A DNA stretch of 63,484 nt, counting the filler. It is 4 parts of 4 records of this genome, joined end to end, with 100 filler letters (N's around TTAATTAATTAA, not from the genome) between each part and the next. Parts side by side here need not be neighbours in the genome. Positions count along the whole stretch, not along the records: positions 53,308 to 63,484 come from DRR723986_8367; 3 more parts are not named here. One strand, 5' to 3'. The notes beneath the pieces are model-generated. The model made no database searches. It was not told where the DNA came from and saw only the letters and a list, made by a program, of their open reading frames with translations. A program made the translations under genes and the position numbers. Position 1 is the first letter of the stretch. The number at the start of each line of letters is the position of its first letter. Shown in pieces: positions 59,483 through 63,484 of the stretch.

Positions 59483-60507
59483 CCTTGGAACCCCTTCACC
59501 GCCATCGCCACGGCCTTTTCCTGTTTCTTAGCCTGTGACAGATCAGACAGGTTGCCCGGTTTAGGCTCTATCAGGGTCTGTTCCGTGGTGCCCGGTCCCG
59601 TGCAATTATCGGTCAAATTTTGGGGGGGTTCGCCGGGGGCTTTCTCTTCAAAGTCTTTCTCGGAAACCGAGATTTGAGCGTTTATCTTTACCTTAGGTTT
59701 AAGGTTTATAGGTTTATCTTTAATACAGTGTATCACTGCTGATACATTTTTAGACTGTATCACTGCTGATACGTTTGAAGCGGGTGACGTATCACTGCTG
59801 ATACATTTGGTTTCGTCAGCATCAGAGTTATCCACAACCTCAGTTGAGGCTTGAACCTCAGCCCGTGCCCGTTCCATTGCCTCAGTCAGTTCGGTGTGCA
59901 TCACAGCAGGTTCACGGCCCCCATATGCCAGCAGGGTAGACAGCACTAAGCCCCTCAAAGGCTGGACCGTTTGATCCTCTGGAAACATGGCGGCTTTCAA
60001 AAAGGCACCCTGTGTTTCGTCCTTGGTTTTCTGGAATACGATCAAGGCATGTATCCATTCCATGACAGCCCATGCCCCGGCAGTTGGTCGCCAGTGTGTT
60101 ACCTTGCGTTTGCTGTTGCGGTTGGTCTGCGTGATCCTGCGTTCACAGGTTTCCAGAACGCCCACATGCACCAACAGGTTCTTTGCTGCGCCTACCTTTT
60201 GCCTATCTGCAAAACCTAGATCATCGGCAATTTCATCCTGTGTCAGATACAGCCAAGGGATTTCCCCCATGTGTTGCAGGGTCTTTGATGCAAGGGCGTG
60301 ACGCCTCAGGATATAGGCCAGCACGGCCCGCACCGCTTCTGTGTTTACAGGGCGGGCACCTTTGCGCGGGAACGTCTTATGATCTGGTGTTAACAGGGTG
60401 ATCATACGTTCCGAAAACTCAGGAAAATTCCAAAGTTGGGGGAACGGATATTTCCGCACTGCATCCTGTTGTTGTTGCTTAAACGGGTTCGGGTTCTTCA
60501 AAGCCAT
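59479..60507 (-). CDS. Putative replication initiator (winged-HTH)
   Basis: HTH LTQDEIADDLGFADRQKVGAAKNLL..GVLE; GAGGTG RBS; internal iterons and DnaA box. Confidence 0.7.
   Translation of the reverse strand: MALKNPNPFKQQQQDAVRKYPFPQLWNFPEFSERMITLLTPDHKTFPRKGARPVNTEAVRAVLAYILRRHALASKTLQHMGEIPWLYLTQDEIADDLGFADRQKVGAAKNLLVHVGVLETCERRITQTNRNSKRKVTHWRPTAGAWAVMEWIHALIVFQKTKDETQGAFLKAAMFPEDQTVQPLRGLVLSTLLAYGGREPAVMHTELTEAMERARAEVQASTEVVDNSDADETKCISSDTSPASNVSAVIQSKNVSAVIHCIKDKPINLKPKVKINAQISVSEKDFEEKAPGEPPQNLTDNCTGPGTTEQTLIEPKPGNLSDLSQAKKQEKAVAMAVKGFQG
59680..59836. other. Putative replication origin inside rep
   Basis: AT-rich tract 59680-59729; three GTATCACTGCTGATAC copies (59730, 59757, 59789); DnaA box TTATCCACA at 59828-59836. 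Confidence 0.75.
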
Positions 60508-60551
60508 GTTGGCACCTCATTTTTTTGGTGCGGCTATGACGTCGATGTACC

Positions 60552-60665
60552 TTGAAACGCGCCCCCTTATGGGTTAGTTAGGGGCTGTATAGGGCGGAAG
60601 CTTTCGACGTCTAACCGCTTATTTCAGAGACCCTCGCACGCCAATGCGGGGGTTTCGCTTTTCTA
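60552..60665 (+). ncRNA. Candidate counter-transcribed antisense RNA upstream of rep (promoter included)
   Basis: TTGAAA-N17-TAGTTA; GCGG/CCGC stem; hairpin 60627-60656 with plus-strand G-U pairs, then a T-rich tail. Confidence 0.5.
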
Positions 60666-60721
60666 GGGGTAACGCAAAACCTTGTGTTTGTCACCCCGGT
60701 TCAAACTAAACTATGTGCCAA

Positions 60722-60976
60722 TCACCAGACAATGTGCAGCGTTTCCAGCTTGGGCAATAGGTCTTGCAACTTTTGGTAGGCCACATGCTCAAGGGTGTTT
60801 GTGCTGTAGGCATGAGCAATCTTGCGCAGTTCAAACAGATCAGCCTCAGACAAGCCTGCGTCTAACAGTTCACGGGTTCTGTTTTTCAGCATAAATTCCA
60901 ACAGTTTAGCAAGATCATCGCCGTTACCCTGCACCTGATCTGTGCAAAGTGACATAGGTATGTCAGTTCGTTTCAT
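60722..60976 (-). CDS. Hypothetical helical protein, last gene of the head operon
   Basis: ATGA-coupled to the upstream gene; 84 aa. Confidence 0.6.
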   Translation of the reverse strand: MKRTDIPMSLCTDQVQGNGDDLAKLLEFMLKNRTRELLDAGLSEADLFELRKIAHAYSTNTLEHVAYQKLQDLLPKLETLHIVW

Positions 60977-61368
60977 AGCGTGTTGTTCCTGATTGTTGGG
61001 GCGTCATCTGGCGACAAGGCATTGCAGTCATACCGGACAGAAACCGCCATCGCGTCAGACGAATGCAAACCGTTGATCACGTACAAAGCCCCGTCCAGCA
61101 TGATCATTGCCACGCCGTTTGGTGGCGACTCAGACAGCACAGAAAGCACGTGTGAACCTGTGTAAGCCTCAGCATTGGTGAACAGTGTTTCTTTGGTCCG
61201 GTCCACATAGCCAAAGGTTTCTTCGGCCAGATCAAACTGCAATTCACCTTCGGCTGTGTAGACAGTGGCACCATTATCATGTGCCACCGTGTAGACATTT
61301 GCCCGTTTGTACGCGGGATTGTGCTTTGCGGCCCGTTTCATCATTTGCAGGGGGGATAGCTTAGTCAT
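60973..61368 (-). CDS. Putative head-closure/adaptor protein
   Basis: Size, beta-rich sequence (LDGALYVING) and position right after the portal; function inferred. Confidence 0.5.
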   Translation of the reverse strand: MTKLSPLQMMKRAAKHNPAYKRANVYTVAHDNGATVYTAEGELQFDLAEETFGYVDRTKETLFTNAEAYTGSHVLSVLSESPPNGVAMIMLDGALYVINGLHSSDAMAVSVRYDCNALSPDDAPTIRNNTL

Positions 61369-62374
61369 CGGTCCACCCCGCCAGCTTCATAGCCCTTTCC
61401 AGAGGCACCCCGGCCTTGGTCAGTACACCCACGGCACGAGCGCGGCCCGCCACGTCAGCGGACATCATTCCGTCAAGGCTCAAACCAGACACGCCCAGCT
61501 TGCGCTTGAGTTCCGGTGTGATCTGACGTGCCAGCGGCTTCACCGTTTGCAGGGCAAACAGTCGATAGGCTTCACGCATAGCACCCGCGTTGCCGCTTGA
61601 GGTCAGAAGGGCAGGGGGCAGGCCGCAAGCGGTCATAATGCGCGTATTCAGATCATCGGTGAATTTGTTGGCGTCCAGCTTTTGCAGATCGGGTGTCAGT
61701 TCCACCCGCCTCATTTCTGAACGTTCACCGCCTGTCTGGTGCGCAAAATCAGCCTTTGACGTGACCACGGCCAAGGAACCGGATTGCAGGCCAGATAGAG
61801 CCTTGTCCTTTTCTTCTTTGGCAATGCTGGCGGGCATGGGCAGGAACCCTTTACCAGCCATCGGCATGGCCCCTGACACAGCGTTCTCGATCTCAGCCAA
61901 CAGGGTAGGGGATAGGCCCATAAGCTGAAACGGGGAACGGCCCCGCCATGGCTGTTGAGGGTGCGGATTGATCACCAGCTTGATCACCTCAGGTTCCAAT
62001 GCCCTGACAGTCTCAGTGTTGTTCACGCGGGCAATGTGCAGATGATACTTGCCGTTTCCGAGTTCATCCCAATAGGCCACGGGCACAAGGTCCAGTTCGC
62101 CTTGTGTCAGGCGGATATGCCAACAGCTTTCACCTTTCATCAAAAGATCATGCCCAATCTGCGCCATGGTATTGGCGGGCAGGGGTTCGGGGGCAACGTC
62201 CAGCATGGCAAAGGCAGACTGCCAATAATGGGCAGCGGTTGCGACAGATGCAGACAGGGCAACGTGATCCTGTGACAGCAAGCCTTTGCGGCGTTGGTTC
62301 ACATAGTCCAGCGTAAGGCCAGAGAATGCCCGTTGCTCAAGATCGGGGGCAGGTTTGGGTTTGAACGGCCACAT
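61361..62374 (-). CDS. Phage portal protein (short HK97-like)
   Basis: MWPF..LEQR start, DLLMKGE, WRGRSP, IMTACGLPPALL, TVKPLARQI..EL. Confidence 0.85.
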   Translation of the reverse strand: MWPFKPKPAPDLEQRAFSGLTLDYVNQRRKGLLSQDHVALSASVATAAHYWQSAFAMLDVAPEPLPANTMAQIGHDLLMKGESCWHIRLTQGELDLVPVAYWDELGNGKYHLHIARVNNTETVRALEPEVIKLVINPHPQQPWRGRSPFQLMGLSPTLLAEIENAVSGAMPMAGKGFLPMPASIAKEEKDKALSGLQSGSLAVVTSKADFAHQTGGERSEMRRVELTPDLQKLDANKFTDDLNTRIMTACGLPPALLTSSGNAGAMREAYRLFALQTVKPLARQITPELKRKLGVSGLSLDGMMSADVAGRARAVGVLTKAGVPLERAMKLAGWTDD

Positions 62375-62937
62375 TACAGGCGCACCTCGCTTGTCAGCAT
62401 TGCACCCGCACCAGAACCGTACATCACGCCCATGACAGCCTCACGTGAGAATGACGTGTCACCAGCGGATTGGCTCTTAAACTCACGGCGCACAGGGGCG
62501 TTGATCAACTGATACAGCGCCAGATTGGTGACAGCCTGGACAACCTCAGCGGACGGGGTACGCCCTGCCACTGTGCCCGTTTGTGTCAGGCGGTAGGTGG
62601 TATGGGTTTCAAGGTCCACAAGGCCAAGTTCGGCAACGTACAGGGCAGAGTTTGCCACCCATGAACCGCCAAGCAAGATTTCCACCGTGATTGCAGCGGG
62701 GAACGGGTGGCGCGGCCATTGGTAGGTGTCAAAGCCGGATGTGGTCAGAACCACCTTCCCGGCTGTAATCGGGCGATAGCTGCGGTTTGTGAACGCCTCT
62801 ACCTGTGCCCATGCGGTGCTGATCATGGCTTGCGCCTCAGCTTCTGTGCAATCGGCCTCTAGGGCAATGTCGGTTGCCACAGGGCTTGCCGGATTAGCGC
62901 CAAGGGTGAACGTGGTTTCTAGGTTCGTAATTCTCAT
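62374..62937 (-). CDS. Head-tail connector (gp6-like)
   Basis: AWAQVEAFTNRS and VVQAVTNLALY helices flanking a beta insert; ends LTSEVRL. Confidence 0.65.
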   Translation of the reverse strand: MRITNLETTFTLGANPASPVATDIALEADCTEAEAQAMISTAWAQVEAFTNRSYRPITAGKVVLTTSGFDTYQWPRHPFPAAITVEILLGGSWVANSALYVAELGLVDLETHTTYRLTQTGTVAGRTPSAEVVQAVTNLALYQLINAPVRREFKSQSAGDTSFSREAVMGVMYGSGAGAMLTSEVRL

Positions 62938-63484
62938 GGCAGAATGATCCTTTGCGGCTTGGGTTGCTGGAAATTCATGGCCCGCAATTCGGCTTCTGCG
63001 TCCTGATAGGCTGGACGGGTAACAAGGCTAAGTTCGTACAGAACCAGCTGCGCCAAGGTGCGGATCATCACGGACGGGTTGCCGGGTTCTGGCACCAACT
63101 TTTCAGCATCGGGCACCACGTCTTTGGGGGGCACCTTGAAACCGGGTGAAACCCCACGGATCAAGCCTGCGCCAATCATTGCAAGGGCGTCTGTCACGTG
63201 GGTTGCACGTTCTGCCCCTTCGGGAATGGTGGCGATAAACTCAAGAAAGTCTTCTGTGTCTTTCAGGGTCAATGTGCCTGCCAGTTTTGAGGCAAGCGGC
63301 CTATCAAAGCTGTGCCCCAACAGCAGATTGATTTCCCGTTTGGGATCACCAAGGGCGTAGCTAAACGCCCCCGGCAGTATCGTTTCCTTACGGACTGTGC
63401 CCCTGTCACTCAGGACAGCCAAAGCCTTGTAAGGGAACCGCCCCGCAATGATCGGGCGGCGGTCCTTTTGGCGGACTTCAAGGG
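62934..63484 (-). CDS. HK97-family prohead protease (193 aa when joined across the circle)
   Basis: ETILPGAF, LLLGH, GTLTL, GVSPGF, LYELSLVTRPAY. Confidence 0.92.
   Translation of the reverse strand, partial: LEVRQKDRRPIIAGRFPYKALAVLSDRGTVRKETILPGAFSYALGDPKREINLLLGHSFDRPLASKLAGTLTLKDTEDFLEFIATIPEGAERATHVTDALAMIGAGLIRGVSPGFKVPPKDVVPDAEKLVPEPGNPSVMIRTLAQLVLYELSLVTRPAYQDAEAELRAMNFQQPKPQRIILP
63455..63484. repeat. Terminal direct repeat, copy 2
   Basis: Identical to 53308-53337. Confidence 0.97.

Larger units (their letters stand above)
53308..63484. mobile_element. Circular 10,147-bp capsid-encoding plasmid / phage satellite
   Basis: 30-bp terminal direct repeat; head and packaging genes plus Rep and ParA; no recognisable integrase, tail or lysis genes. 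Confidence 0.85.

Noticed and set aside
59730-59804. Mini CRISPR array
   Set aside because: 16-bp repeats with 11- and 16-bp gaps inside an ORF and no cas genes; fits iterons
53368-63484. Gene transfer agent or decayed prophage
   Set aside because: Gene order differs from RcGTA, there are no tail genes, it has its own Rep/Par, and the ORFs are intact and translationally coupled

Overview
The window is not one genomic locus. It is four unrelated contigs joined by 100-bp artificial linkers (N44-TTAATTAATTAA-N44 at 15447-15546, 42069-42168 and 53208-53307). Contig 1 (1-15446, Rhodobacteraceae-like) carries the nosZ 5' end, nosR with an FNR-type box, a PhaZc-like hydrolase/HAAT ABC/PAS-LuxR cluster, and a two-component system facing a glucose-type ABC importer. 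Contig 2 (15547-42068, Roseibium/Labrenzia-like alphaproteobacterium) is mostly housekeeping and accessory genes: MCP, iron-chelate ABC, asd with an unannotated Thr/Lys-rich leader peptide, leuB, arsRC, a Pho-box phosphatase-like gene, a membrane-anchored Schlafen/AlbA_2 protein and a tRNA-like intergenic element. Contig 3 (42169-53207, FCB-group-like) has a late flagellar cluster with two flagellins beside T9SS-type cargo proteins. Contig 4 (53308-63484) is the main find: a circular 10,147-bp element (30-bp terminal repeat; the prohead protease reads in frame across the join). It encodes an HK97-type head and packaging module (TerL, HNH, capsid, protease, connector, portal, putative closure protein) plus a plasmid Rep with an internal iteron origin and a ParA/RHH pair. 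It has no recognisable integrase, tail, lysis or TerS gene, so it looks like a plasmid-form, capsid-forming phage satellite. Taxonomic hints and product names come from motif recognition only; no database searches were run.
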